A DNA stretch of 63,942 bases, counting the filler, from a bacterium (lineage in GTDB: Bacteria > JBBIVP01), in NCBI GenBank assembly GCA_037439705.1. It is 3 parts of 3 records of this genome, joined end to end, with 100 filler letters (N's around TTAATTAATTAA, not from the genome) between each part and the next. Parts side by side here need not be neighbours in the genome. Positions count along the whole stretch, not along the records: positions 1 to 29,117 come from JBBIVP010000003.1; positions 29,218 to 57,306 come from JBBIVP010000004.1; 1 more part is not named here. One strand, given 5' to 3'. Position numbers and translations under genes: made by a program. Numbering within the stretch: the first letter of the stretch is position 1; the number at the start of each line of letters is the position of its first letter. A model generated the notes under the pieces. The model had not been told where the DNA came from. It ran no database searches and saw only the letters and a list, made by a program, of their open reading frames with translations. Shown one piece after another: positions 19,833 to 29,895 of the stretch.

Positions 19833-20264
19833 TTATCCTCTTATGAGAGCTCCGAGTTTCATCAGGAGAGCCATATCTCCTGCGAACTTTATCTTTCCAC
19901 TCATAAATGCCATCTGTGGGTCAAGTTTCCCTTCCGCAGTTGCTTTTCTTACCTCCTCTGACATTGTGATTGTTACATTTGGAGAAGGATGTGCTCCCTC
20001 TTTCACTTCAAGTTCTCCGTTTTTAAAAATGAGGTGCCACTGACCAGACCCCTCGATGTTGAACTGATAAACTGCATTTAGACCTGCAAGCTTCTGCTTC
20101 ACTTCTGGAAGATTATTATACACTGTTGGAATTATAACCATATAGGCCTGAGCAGCAGTAGCATCCTTTCCAATCTCCCTCATCTTCTGTCTTAAAACCT
20201 GCTGGTTTCCTCCTGCCTCTTTTATTGCTGCCTCTATTTTTGTTTTGAGTTCCTCATCTCTCAT
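19833..20264 (-). CDS. SCP2 sterol/lipid-binding domain protein
   Basis: YQFNIEG, PNVTITM, GKLDPQMAFMSGKIKFAGDMALLMKL. Strong SD AAGGAGGT. Confidence 0.92.
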   Translation of the reverse strand: MRDEELKTKIEAAIKEAGGNQQVLRQKMREIGKDATAAQAYMVIIPTVYNNLPEVKQKLAGLNAVYQFNIEGSGQWHLIFKNGELEVKEGAHPSPNVTITMSEEVRKATAEGKLDPQMAFMSGKIKFAGDMALLMKLGALIRG

Positions 20265-20394
20265 AGTTGCACCTCCTTAAATTTATTATAGTCATAAATT
20301 TTTTTACCATAGTAAAAGTTATGTGTCAAGCATTTTTGAAATTCTTTTTACAAAAATTCTTGAAGGAAAACAAATATAATATATATTTCTCTTT

Positions 20395-21339
20395 ATGAGA
20401 AAAATTATCTCAAGAATTGGATTTGCATCCCTTTTTTCTTTTTTTGTATTGCTCATTTCCTTACCGATTTTTTTATTTCTTGACCCATCTGCACCAATAA
20501 TATATCTTGACAGCACAATAACATTTCCAGTCGGCGGAATGTTCTTTTTCATCTTCCTTATTTTTATAAGGGGTGGAAGGGAAATTTTCAAAAAAGAAAA
20601 ATTGAAACTTGCTTTTGAAAATGCAGTGAGGATATTTTTTGACTGGATTCCCCTCCCAACCCTTCTTTTCATATATGAGAATTTTAAGACGAGGTTCCAC
20701 CTTTTCAACCACGGGGATTTTACCCCGTATCTCATAGAATTTGACAGAATTCTATTTGGAACGGATTTGCCCATCTACCTTGAGAAATTCGCAACCCCTT
20801 TTCTTACTGATATAATGGCTTTCTTTTATGCTATATACTTTGCCATTCCCTTCGTATGTCTCTGGACATTCTACATAAAAGGGATGGAGAGGGAGTTCAG
20901 GCTTTCATCAGCAATGCTCGTTTTGTGTTTCTATGTAGGGTTTATTGGATATGTTCTGGTTCCGATGAAACCACCATGGTCATATCTTGATGGAGCATTT
21001 AAGGAAAAATTGTATGGTATCTTTCTTCACAATACTTTTGATTCCTTTTACAAAAGACACAATCCCGCTGCAGAATGGGGAGCCTTTCCGAGCCTTCATG
21101 TGGGAGTTTCAACGCTTGGGCTTTTGATAAGTTATAGATTCAAGGGTATGCTGGGAAGGGGAAGAGTGCTTTTTTACATCCTTCTTCCCTTTGTTATAGG
21201 TTTATGGCTCTCAACGATATATCTTCGGCATCACTGGTTTGTTGATGTAGTGGCGGGTTGGGCAGTGGCACTCATTGCGTATAAGATTGGATATTTTTTT
21301 GAGAAAGCGTGGCAGGGAATTATGAGGAAATTAGTTTGA
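20395..21339 (+). CDS. PAP2 superfamily membrane enzyme (PAP2_3, inositol-phosphorylceramide-synthase-like)
   Basis: GYVLVPMKPPW, AFPSLHVG, STIYLRHHWFVDVVAG; multiple TM helices. Confidence 0.85.
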   Translation: MRKIISRIGFASLFSFFVLLISLPIFLFLDPSAPIIYLDSTITFPVGGMFFFIFLIFIRGGREIFKKEKLKLAFENAVRIFFDWIPLPTLLFIYENFKTRFHLFNHGDFTPYLIEFDRILFGTDLPIYLEKFATPFLTDIMAFFYAIYFAIPFVCLWTFYIKGMEREFRLSSAMLVLCFYVGFIGYVLVPMKPPWSYLDGAFKEKLYGIFLHNTFDSFYKRHNPAAEWGAFPSLHVGVSTLGLLISYRFKGMLGRGRVLFYILLPFVIGLWLSTIYLRHHWFVDVVAGWAVALIAYKIGYFFEKAWQGIMRKLV

Positions 21340-22380
21340 GCAAAAGGGATGCAGTTTTTTCCCACGAAAATTCTCCTACCCTTTCTAAACCTTTCTCCCT
21401 CAATTCGTTTCTTTTTTGATGGTCTACGAGAAGAAGGGATATAGCCTCTGCAATTTCAGATGGATTATGGGGATTTATCATAAGTCCTGCTGAGCCCACC
21501 ACCTCTGGAAGGGACGACCTATTTGATGTTATTACCGGACAACCGCATGCCATTGCTTCAAGCACAGGAAGGCAGAATCCCTCGTAAAAAGATGGCATAA
21601 CTGCAAGTTCAGCATTCCTCAAAAGGACTGAAATTTTTTCATCTCCGATGTATCCGGTGCAGATGATTTTATCAATTTTTTTCCCCACAATTCTTATTGC
21701 TTCTTCTTCTGTAATTCCAGCAGAAACTAATTTCAGGTGAGGGAATTTATTGGTTAAAATCTCAAAAGCCCTTGCAGTATTGAGAAAATTTTTGTGCGGT
21801 CTTTCATTTCCTAAAAATATTATGTATGGTTTTGATATGGAGAGTTCATTGAGAGTTTTCTCATCTTTTTCACATTTTACAGGAGAAAATCCTTCTGATA
21901 CTCCATTATAAATTATCTCTACCTTTTCCATTTCTCCAAAAATTCTTTCTATATCGGTTGCAGTTGATTTTGAAACCGTTATTATTCTTTCAGCCCTTTT
22001 TATACACAGCTTTAAAATTCTTTTGTAATAAATGGATTTCAAAAATCCATATCCTTCGGGATAAGTTATAGGAATGAGGTCATGGATTGTCATAAAAACC
22101 CGTCCCTTTACAAAAATGGGAAATATATATCATAGGTTTTTTTTCTCAAGAAATATGGAATGAGAACATGTTCAAGTGGATTATACGGAGGCAGGTTTAC
22201 GAACAAAATTTCAAAATTTTCAGGCAGTGATGGCAGGTTTTCCTTTCCTTCCTCAAGTGCAATGACCGTCCATTCATTTTTTGAGTCTAATTTTGAAATA
22301 GCTTTCAAAGTTTCAACCGCGAACCTCGCAATCCCGTGCATCCTTCTCTTCACAGGTCTCGCATCAAAAATTATTTTCAT
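21320..22380 (-). pseudogene. GT4 (family 1 type) glycosyltransferase split by a frameshift near 22110-22125
   Basis: N-terminal part (MKIIFDAR...HGIARF) is in 22108-22380. C-terminal part (TIHD, PHKN, PSFYEGFCLPVLEAMACG) is in 21320-22093, in a different frame. Confidence 0.8.
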
Positions 22381-23195
22381 ATTTCTTTCAGAACCATTTT
22401 GACTATTTTCTTGAAAACGGGTTCCCTTTTCATTAAAAAGAGAAATCCGAATTTCAAAACCAGATAGGCTTTTAAAAGAATAAGGGAAATTTTGGAATTA
22501 TGTTTTTTGTAGTAAAGAATCTGGCTCTTTCTGTATTCGTATAGAACCCTTTCAAAATTTCCACTCCCTCCTCTTATGTGAATTGCTGACGCTGATGGAA
22601 TATATTTTACAATCCATCCCCTTTTTCTCATTCTCCTTGACAGGTCTGCATCTTCAAAATAAAGAAAGAAATTTTCATCAAAAAGCCCTGCATCTAATAA
22701 TGCTCTTTTTCTTGCTATAAAACATGCTCCTGAGACCCAATCTACATTTTTTTCTTTATTTCCCGAAACCCTTAATCTTGATTTAATTTTCTGAATGAAT
22801 TCGTTGAGAAGTGAAGGGTCGTTTCCATAGGAGAGCTCAATTTTCCCATTATCAGAAAGTAGTTTTGGGGCTACCATTCCAATGGATGGTTCGTGAAGAA
22901 GACATTTTAAAAGTTGATGGATGGAGGTTTTATTTATGAATACATCGGGGTTCATTATAAGGATGAAATCATTTCTTGCCTCAAGAATTCCTCTGTTTGC
23001 ACCCTTTGAAAATCCTTCATTTCTTTCGTTTTTTATTATTTTCAGGAGTGGATAGAGTTCTGAAACCTTTTCCACACTTTTATCAGAAGATGCATTATCA
23101 ACTATTATTATTTCATTTACTCCATCAAGAATTTCTTCTACACATTTAAGAAGGTTTTCTCCAGAGTTGTAATTAACTATTACAGCAGAGAGCAT
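22377..23195 (-). CDS. GT2 family glycosyltransferase (WbbL-like)
   Basis: IVNYNS, VDNASSD, MNPD, WVSGAC, FDENFFLYFEDADL. Confidence 0.93.
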   Translation of the reverse strand: MLSAVIVNYNSGENLLKCVEEILDGVNEIIIVDNASSDKSVEKVSELYPLLKIIKNERNEGFSKGANRGILEARNDFILIMNPDVFINKTSIHQLLKCLLHEPSIGMVAPKLLSDNGKIELSYGNDPSLLNEFIQKIKSRLRVSGNKEKNVDWVSGACFIARKRALLDAGLFDENFFLYFEDADLSRRMRKRGWIVKYIPSASAIHIRGGSGNFERVLYEYRKSQILYYKKHNSKISLILLKAYLVLKFGFLFLMKREPVFKKIVKMVLKEI

Positions 23196-23203
23196 TGGAA
23201 AAT

Positions 23204-23244
23204 ATGCTATTATCCTTGAAATAATTTATCAAGCAATGTAAAAA
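23204..23244. promoter_or_regulatory. Overlapping divergent sigma70-type promoters
   Basis: Minus: TTGATA(23232-23227)-N17-TAGCAT, 8 nt before ATG 23195. Plus: TTGAAA(23216)-N17-TAAAAA, 6 nt before ATG 23251. Confidence 0.5.
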
Positions 23245-23250
23245 AAGACA

Positions 23251-25278
23251 ATGAGGATTTCAAGGCATATTCCATTTTATCTTTTATTTTTTATTTTTAC
23301 CCTAATTTTATACTCCCGGTTGATAAAGAATCTCAACAATTCCCTTCCTTCAGAAGGTATCCGATATCTCTTATTATTTAATGCGCAGAGAGGGGCTGAA
23401 AATATTCTTAATTTGAAAAGTCCATTTTATTTTGAAGAAGTTTATTATCCAAAGGGTAGTGGTGCATATGAAGCAATGTTTCCCCACTTATTGCTGAGCC
23501 TTCTCGGGATTATTTTCAATCCATTTCTTGCTCAAAACATCCTTATCATTTTTAGTTTTATTCTATCAGCAATTAGCATGTATCATCTTATTCTTTATCT
23601 TACCGGAGAAAGAATAGGTGCTTTTATAGCCGGGATGTATTTCTCCTTTTCTCCTATTCATATTATGCATGTAGATATTCCTTCCGCGTTTTCTATAGAA
23701 TGGATTCCTTTCTTTTTACTATTTTTCTTCAAATCCATTGAGTTCTCATCTTCTTGGTTATATCCGTTTTTATCAGCGGTATTTTTTACATTAACTTCCC
23801 TTTCATCCTGGTATTATTGTCTCCCCCTTATTGTTTTTGTGGGTATATATTTAATGTTCAGGATAAAATTTATTACCGCTTTTATAAAACCCATTCTTAA
23901 AATTTTTCTTTTTTCTTTTTTCTTTCTCATTTTTCCTGTTCTTAGTCTTCTACACCTCTATTCCGCAGGTGGGGGCTGGGATATGGATGTGGTTATAAGG
24001 AGTTCTCCTGATTTCCTTTCCTTTTTTATTCCATCCGCAAATCATCTATTTTTTGCAAAGTACTTTCTTGAAATTTATAAGAGTTTTAAAGCTTTTCTTT
24101 CTTTGAACTCTAACTATATAACCTATTCTGCCCTGTTTATGGCTATATTTGGGTTTCTGAAAAAGAAAAATACATTGACGCTTTTTTTCCTCATAAATGC
24201 GCTTATATTTTTTCTTCTTTCCCTTGGTCCTGTTCTTCAGATAAAAGGGGGGGTAATATCCATAGGAAAATACATAATAAAGCTTCCTTCATATCCTCTG
24301 GCAAAACACCTAAAACTTGCAAGGGCATTCTCAAGAAATTTTGTAATGTGTATAATAAGCTTTGCAATCCTTTTCTCATTTGGTATAAAGTGGATAAGGG
24401 AAAGATATAAAAAGGGAGGGGTTTTCATTTCTTTGTTTTCAATAACTTTAATTTTTGAGATTCTTCCCTCTCCTTTTAGAAGGTTTTCACCGCCGCCTGT
24501 GCCTGAATTCTACAAAACCCTTGACAGAGAAGAAGGAGATTTTTCCATTCTTGAGCTTCCATTTGACCCGTATAATCGGTTAGTTCTGTATTATGGCATG
24601 TACCACCACAAAAAAATTATCGGTGGCTCAGGAGACCATTCTTTTATCCCATTCTGGTATGAAATTACAAAATATCCGTTCCTTCATCAACTCATAACCC
24701 TTCATTATAAATATGAAGAAAAAACCCGTTTTATTTACGAAGACATAATTGAATACGACTTTAAGGGAACCTCCGCAGGCATTGCTTCATTTTTTGATAT
24801 TAAATACGCGATTATTCATAAAACAGGGAATATTGGGGATTTAAAAAAATTTCTTGAGGAAGCAGGTTGGATGCCTTACCACGAAGATGAATACATATAT
24901 GTTTACACTCCTCCAAAGGTAGAACCAGTTCCTTTTATTGTAATTGGAAAAGAATGGAGCAACATACAGCTTTATGAAGGTGAGCCTATTAGATGGATAA
25001 AGAAATCAGGAACTCTTGAAATAATATCTCCTGATGAAAGGATTGTATCACTGTGTTTTTTGATGAAATCACTTCGTCTTTCTTCCATAAAATTTTTTAT
25101 TAATGATAAAGAATTGGGTAAAGAAAAGGTTCCCATCGTTCCAAAGGAGTTTATTTTTTCTCTTCCACTCAAAAAGGGAAAGAACACCTTTCGGTTTGAG
25201 GGGGAAGAGGATTCCTATGGCATCATGAAATTAAAATTTTTAAATGAGGGAAAACTAACTGGTTCATCTTTTCCATAA
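23251..25278 (+). CDS. Polytopic membrane protein, GT-C/YfhO-like
   Basis: YYPKG loop, GAFIAGMYFSFSP, LLSLGP, ILELP, HHKKIIGG; about 11 TM segments plus a C-terminal soluble domain. Confidence 0.7.
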   Translation: MRISRHIPFYLLFFIFTLILYSRLIKNLNNSLPSEGIRYLLLFNAQRGAENILNLKSPFYFEEVYYPKGSGAYEAMFPHLLLSLLGIIFNPFLAQNILIIFSFILSAISMYHLILYLTGERIGAFIAGMYFSFSPIHIMHVDIPSAFSIEWIPFFLLFFFKSIEFSSSWLYPFLSAVFFTLTSLSSWYYCLPLIVFVGIYLMFRIKFITAFIKPILKIFLFSFFFLIFPVLSLLHLYSAGGGWDMDVVIRSSPDFLSFFIPSANHLFFAKYFLEIYKSFKAFLSLNSNYITYSALFMAIFGFLKKKNTLTLFFLINALIFFLLSLGPVLQIKGGVISIGKYIIKLPSYPLAKHLKLARAFSRNFVMCIISFAILFSFGIKWIRERYKKGGVFISLFSITLIFEILPSPFRRFSPPPVPEFYKTLDREEGDFSILELPFDPYNRLVLYYGMYHHKKIIGGSGDHSFIPFWYEITKYPFLHQLITLHYKYEEKTRFIYEDIIEYDFKGTSAGIASFFDIKYAIIHKTGNIGDLKKFLEEAGWMPYHEDEYIYVYTPPKVEPVPFIVIGKEWSNIQLYEGEPIRWIKKSGTLEIISPDERIVSLCFLMKSLRLSSIKFFINDKELGKEKVPIVPKEFIFSLPLKKGKNTFRFEGEEDSYGIMKLKFLNEGKLTGSSFP

Positions 25279-26398
25279 TATCACCAATCCTTTTTATATA
25301 TCTTATTCCTGTTGCTCTGTAACCGAAGTAAGTCCTTATATGCCTTTGAGCCTTTTCACCGATTGACCATCCGAATTCAACTTCATCAATGAGTTTTGTC
25401 ATATATTTAACTGCTTCCTCTATGTCCGGATCCGCCCAGACCTGTCCTTTTGCAAAAGGGTATTCTCCTTCTTCCACATTTATGAGTTTATATCCCACAA
25501 GGAGAGAATTCTCATTATTCATGAAGTCAAGGTTTCCTGAATAACCCGTTCCTATAACAGGTTTAGAAAGATACATCGCTTCCGCTAAACCCCTTCCATA
25601 TCCCTCTGATCTATGAAGGGAAACAAAGGAGTCACAGCACCTTATCAGGTTTTTTGTTTCATTGTTACTCATTTCTTTATCTATAATTATCATTCTGTCC
25701 TTCCATTTTGACCTTTCAACGAATGAGATGAATTGTTGAAAATCTCTTTTTCTTTTTTCATCTGGTTCCCCCTTGCTTACCTTGATAACAAGCCTTATGT
25801 CTTTATTTTGTCTTCTTGAGCAAACCTCTTCAAAAACTTTAATTACTCCGAAGGGATTCTTCCTTTGAATATATGACCTCAAGTCAAAGAAGAACAAAAA
25901 TATATAAGAAGATTCTGGTAGTCTAAAGAACCTTCTCGAAATGAAGAAAGAAAGCTTGGCCTCAGTGGGTAAAGGCATATGAAATACTGGTTTTGATACA
26001 ACTTTACCTATTGCATCAAATACAAAGCGAGATGGTGCCCATATTTCATCAAAAAGGTCCAATTGTTCTGCCCATTCTTTGGGGTAGATGCTCAATTCCC
26101 ACTGGGGATAGATAATATTGTGAGATGTTTTGTGAATTTTTTTCTTCAGGTGTTCCATTACTGGCTTTATTTCGTCGCCATTAATTATGAAAATGTTGAG
26201 GTGTGGACTTAATTCATTGACGAGGTACTTACTGAATTCCCTTCCCATTTCTTCATCTGGTTTATAATAGGAATATATGTCATAAATGGATGGGACGAGG
26301 TTTACTTTCTTGAATGAGCGAAAGATACAGCGAAGGTCTTCTCCCCTTCCAATTGGTGCGAAAGGATGTCCAACAAGAGTGAGTTTATTCTCCATCAT
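25223..26398 (-). CDS. GT4 family glycosyltransferase
   Basis: RKNPFGVI, SLHRSEGYGRGLAEAM, TGYSGNLDF. Confidence 0.9.
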   Translation of the reverse strand: MMENKLTLVGHPFAPIGRGEDLRCIFRSFKKVNLVPSIYDIYSYYKPDEEMGREFSKYLVNELSPHLNIFIINGDEIKPVMEHLKKKIHKTSHNIIYPQWELSIYPKEWAEQLDLFDEIWAPSRFVFDAIGKVVSKPVFHMPLPTEAKLSFFISRRFFRLPESSYIFLFFFDLRSYIQRKNPFGVIKVFEEVCSRRQNKDIRLVIKVSKGEPDEKRKRDFQQFISFVERSKWKDRMIIIDKEMSNNETKNLIRCCDSFVSLHRSEGYGRGLAEAMYLSKPVIGTGYSGNLDFMNNENSLLVGYKLINVEEGEYPFAKGQVWADPDIEEAVKYMTKLIDEVEFGWSIGEKAQRHIRTYFGYRATGIRYIKRIGDIMEKMNQLVFPHLKILIS

Positions 26399-29117
26399 TC
26401 AATAAGATTCGTTTTTCTAAAGCATTCTTCGTTGTTTCAAGAAATCCGTGTCCGAAGCGTTTGTCCGGTTCAAGATGGCAGCCTTCTCCCCATTCATTCC
26501 AAGCATTAATAAATATAATCCTTTCATCTGGCCCATTCTGTTCCCTCGTTATTTCAATTATCTTCTCTAACCATGCTTGATATGCTCCCGGTGATGAAAA
26601 GTGAAAAATATATCCGTCATTTGGACGCCTCGGAGTATTGTCCCAGCCCGGAAGAACCGAACGAAAATGAGTGCCTTTCGGTATTTCTTTTTTTATGTAT
26701 TTTAAAACTGTTTCCCTGTAGTCACTCACCACACCTGAAAATTCAGGATTTAAGAGCTGTCCAGGTGGAGGAATAGGAACAGAAAATCCATGCGGTGGAA
26801 ATTCCACTGATGCATCAAAACCATATTTTTTTGGGTCAGGATTTATTGTTGCAAAATCAAAGGAATTTACCATTGCAAGATATATTTCACCTATTCCCTC
26901 TTTTTTGCAAACATCCCTCCAGGTATCCACTGTCTTTTTAATGTCTGGGAAGAGGTCTATTCTGTAAACAAGTAGGAGTGGTTTTCCCTTTATGTGTATG
27001 TAATTCGGATGTTTCATATAACGAATAATGTCTTTTATTACAGCAATATCATCCTCAGGAGAATAGGTCTGTGCTATGAGGATTTCATTATCCATACCAT
27101 CCCACCTTCTCGTCCAGTTCTCATTTGCCCAGCAAAGGCAAAAGGGTATGTTGGGTTTTTTAGTGGATAGCATCCTTTCAAGAGGCATTTCTAACAGTCT
27201 CTTTCCACTGAACCAGTAATAGTAAAAACAGAAGCCATAAATTCCATATTTTTTTGCAAGCTTTGCCTGCTCTTCCATTACTTCCTCTACTCTCAAATCA
27301 TAAAAACCAAGGTCTTGAGGAATATGTGGTTGATAATGCCCTTCAAAATTGGGTTTGGCGCTTGCAACTTTATGCCAGTCTGTAAATCCCTTTCCCCACC
27401 AGAGGTCATTTTCTGAAATTGGGTGATATTGTGGAAGATAAAATGCTATAATCTTTATTCTGTTAAGTTCATCAATTTCTTTCTGCCATTTCTCACACAA
27501 TTTTTGTTGATGGAAAGTCACAAGTGAAAGTTTATATGAGGGCTCAATTTTGTTGTATGTTGCACTCAGATGGTGAATAATAAGAGAATGTGGATTGTAT
27601 AAAATACGGAAACCCTTTGAACGTACTTTTAAACAAAGGTTAACATCCTCGCAATAGCCTGGAGAAAAATCTTCGTCAAAACCTCCTGTTTCTTCAAAAA
27701 GACTCTTTTTTATCAACATGCATACTGCTGAAGAGTAATCTACTTCTTTAATGTAATTATATCTTGGAAGATTAGGGTCATCATTAAGTCCAATCAGTTT
27801 TGTAGAGCCATCTGGATTTATGAGGCATCCTGCTTCCTGAAGTTTTCCATTGGGATATATAATTTTTGGAGATACTATCCCTACATTTTCGTAAGAAGAG
27901 AATGTTTCAATAAGAGGAGAAAGCCATTTTTTAGTAACCTGTGTGTCGTTGTTTAAGATGAGTATAAATTCTCCCTCTGCCTTTTTCGCACCCGTATTAC
28001 AGGAGTGAACAAATCCTGTTCTTCTTCCAGAGTTTCTTATATACTTTATATTTTTTACCCTTGAAATTATTTCCTCCGTTTCATCTTCTGAGGCATCATC
28101 TACAACAATTATTTCATAAGGAATATCCTCTGTGTACTTTGCTATTGAAAGAAGGCATTCTACAGTAAGTTTTATGTTATTATGAACAGGAATTATAATA
28201 GAAACAAGTGGATTATCAGTATGTGGAAAGGAGAGCTTTTCGGTGTAGATTTTTAATCTATTTTTTTCTATATTTATAATTTTTGGTGGAATGGTGTTAA
28301 TTGTTTTTATTTTTTCTTTTTCCAATTCCTCAATCTTTTTTGAAAGGATGAAATAATCCGCCCATGCTGAATCTTCTTTATCTTTGCGGGAGGGTTCAAA
28401 TCCTTTGAAGACAGGAGTGGTTTCAATTTCCCATTGATAAGAAGCTTTGGAGACAATTTTCTCTTTCAGTGTATTTAATCCTCCACTTCTTAAGATGTTG
28501 AAAACCTTTATTGCCTTCTGGATCAAAATTTTCGGATGCAAAAGAAATGGTTTCATAATTTCCCATAAAAGGAAGATGGAAACTTGGAATTTTCCGAGTT
28601 CAACAATTTTCAATTTTTTGATTATAAATTTTCCAGGAGAATTGCATGGATCAAGGCGAATTGCTCTTGTCCAATCAGGGAATCTGGCGATTCTTTTTAT
28701 TTTTCCCTTTTTGATGTAAGGGAGATATATGGACAATTCTTCCTTAAATCCAGCTCCATTGTCTGGTATGAGTTTTGGTGAAGGTGAGACTTCGTTTATA
28801 TCAATGAATTCTATGTAAAACGATATATAACACCATCCAGCTGGAAGGTATTTTTTTGATGAGGAAATGACAAATTGTGGAGAATTTCCAGTACTCTGAA
28901 AAATTTCATTTTCCTGAGGTACCAGCTCTCTAAGGGTATGGAGTGTCATTTTATGCCTTGACCATCTGAACCACCTTTTTAAAAACTGGATGATGCGAAT
29001 TAAGGCTATTTTACCAGCGCGTAAAGGTGCTGTAATCCGCCAGGAGGTGGAGGAATAAAATCCTTCTATTTCTTTTGACAATTTTTCAATTGTTCTATCT
29101 TTCTCATTCATTTTATT
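26385..29117 (-). CDS. Multidomain polysaccharide biosynthesis protein: coiled coil + GT2 + WbsX/GH99-like domain (5' truncated at gap)
   Basis: STSWRITAPLR after a coiled coil; GT2 (VSIIIPVHN, VVDDASED, LNNDT); WbsX-type IAFYLPQYHP, WWGKGFTDW, WANENWTRRWDG, NAWNEWGEG. Frame is open into the gap. Confidence 0.9.
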   Translation of the reverse strand, partial: NKMNEKDRTIEKLSKEIEGFYSSTSWRITAPLRAGKIALIRIIQFLKRWFRWSRHKMTLHTLRELVPQENEIFQSTGNSPQFVISSSKKYLPAGWCYISFYIEFIDINEVSPSPKLIPDNGAGFKEELSIYLPYIKKGKIKRIARFPDWTRAIRLDPCNSPGKFIIKKLKIVELGKFQVSIFLLWEIMKPFLLHPKILIQKAIKVFNILRSGGLNTLKEKIVSKASYQWEIETTPVFKGFEPSRKDKEDSAWADYFILSKKIEELEKEKIKTINTIPPKIINIEKNRLKIYTEKLSFPHTDNPLVSIIIPVHNNIKLTVECLLSIAKYTEDIPYEIIVVDDASEDETEEIISRVKNIKYIRNSGRRTGFVHSCNTGAKKAEGEFILILNNDTQVTKKWLSPLIETFSSYENVGIVSPKIIYPNGKLQEAGCLINPDGSTKLIGLNDDPNLPRYNYIKEVDYSSAVCMLIKKSLFEETGGFDEDFSPGYCEDVNLCLKVRSKGFRILYNPHSLIIHHLSATYNKIEPSYKLSLVTFHQQKLCEKWQKEIDELNRIKIIAFYLPQYHPISENDLWWGKGFTDWHKVASAKPNFEGHYQPHIPQDLGFYDLRVEEVMEEQAKLAKKYGIYGFCFYYYWFSGKRLLEMPLERMLSTKKPNIPFCLCWANENWTRRWDGMDNEILIAQTYSPEDDIAVIKDIIRYMKHPNYIHIKGKPLLLVYRIDLFPDIKKTVDTWRDVCKKEGIGEIYLAMVNSFDFATINPDPKKYGFDASVEFPPHGFSVPIPPPGQLLNPEFSGVVSDYRETVLKYIKKEIPKGTHFRSVLPGWDNTPRRPNDGYIFHFSSPGAYQAWLEKIIEITREQNGPDERIIFINAWNEWGEGCHLEPDKRFGHGFLETTKNALEKRILLNDGE

Positions 29118-29217
29118 NNNNNNNNNNNNNNNNNNNNNNNNNNNNNNNNNNNNNNNNNNNNTTAATTAATTAANNNNNNNNNNNNNNNNNNNNNNNNNNN
29201 NNNNNNNNNNNNNNNNN
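29118..29217. other. Artificial contig spacer
   Basis: N44-TTAATTAATTAA-N44; the linker has stops in all six frames. Confidence 0.98.
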
Positions 29218-29253
29218 TACACAACTCCTTTTTATTTTTCCATCTCAGCCATA

Positions 29254-29895
29254 CTAAAACTTTATTTCAGCTGTCAAAAAAATATCTCCCCTTTTTGTAA
29301 TAAAAGGCTGGATGAAGAATGATGATCTGGAATCTTCCCTTTCCTTCTCAATCTTTTCATTATACTTAACCGCAAGCCGATAGGTATCTATCACCTCATA
29401 GATGTAGATTCCACCTGTAATGAGTGCACCAATTGGTATCATTACGAATGCCACTCTCTCTGCTCTTTCACACTCCTTTTCCTCTCCATCTACACACGCT
29501 CCAAATGCCTGGAAATATGCTGTAATCATTATTCCTATTCCCCATACTTTTCCTAAAATAAGCAAAAATACCTTTCCTGCATCATTTTTCACATATATAT
29601 GGGCGGGGATGGTTGTAAAAGTAAAAACTGGAAGAGATATAACCCCAGCCATACCTAAATAATCTTCCGCTTCGGTGGAATCATAATCCAAAAGAAAAAG
29701 TGGAGATAAAAATGTTATTCCAAAGGGTAAAGCAACATTTGTAAGAAGGGTGATATATGGCTTCTTCTTTTTATAATGCTTTTCTTTTATCTCCACCTCC
29801 CCCTTTTCAATACCTTGTGAAAGAATGGAATAATCCTCATAAAATCCATTGTTGTAGAAGGATAAAAAAATGAGGAATAAATACATATTCACCAT
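29254..29895 (-). CDS. Hypothetical membrane/exported protein
   Basis: 213 aa, SD GGAGTG, hydrophobic N-terminus, about 4 hydrophobic segments, C-terminal beta-like tail ending in F. Confidence 0.65.
   Translation of the reverse strand: MVNMYLFLIFLSFYNNGFYEDYSILSQGIEKGEVEIKEKHYKKKKPYITLLTNVALPFGITFLSPLFLLDYDSTEAEDYLGMAGVISLPVFTFTTIPAHIYVKNDAGKVFLLILGKVWGIGIMITAYFQAFGACVDGEEKECERAERVAFVMIPIGALITGGIYIYEVIDTYRLAVKYNEKIEKEREDSRSSFFIQPFITKRGDIFLTAEIKF

Noticed and set aside
29118-29217. Palindromic TTAATTAATTAA within N runs (also at 57307-57406) as a biological repeat or att site
   Set aside because: Identical N44-linker-N44 layout at both sites; it is a six-frame-stop spacer used to join contigs.
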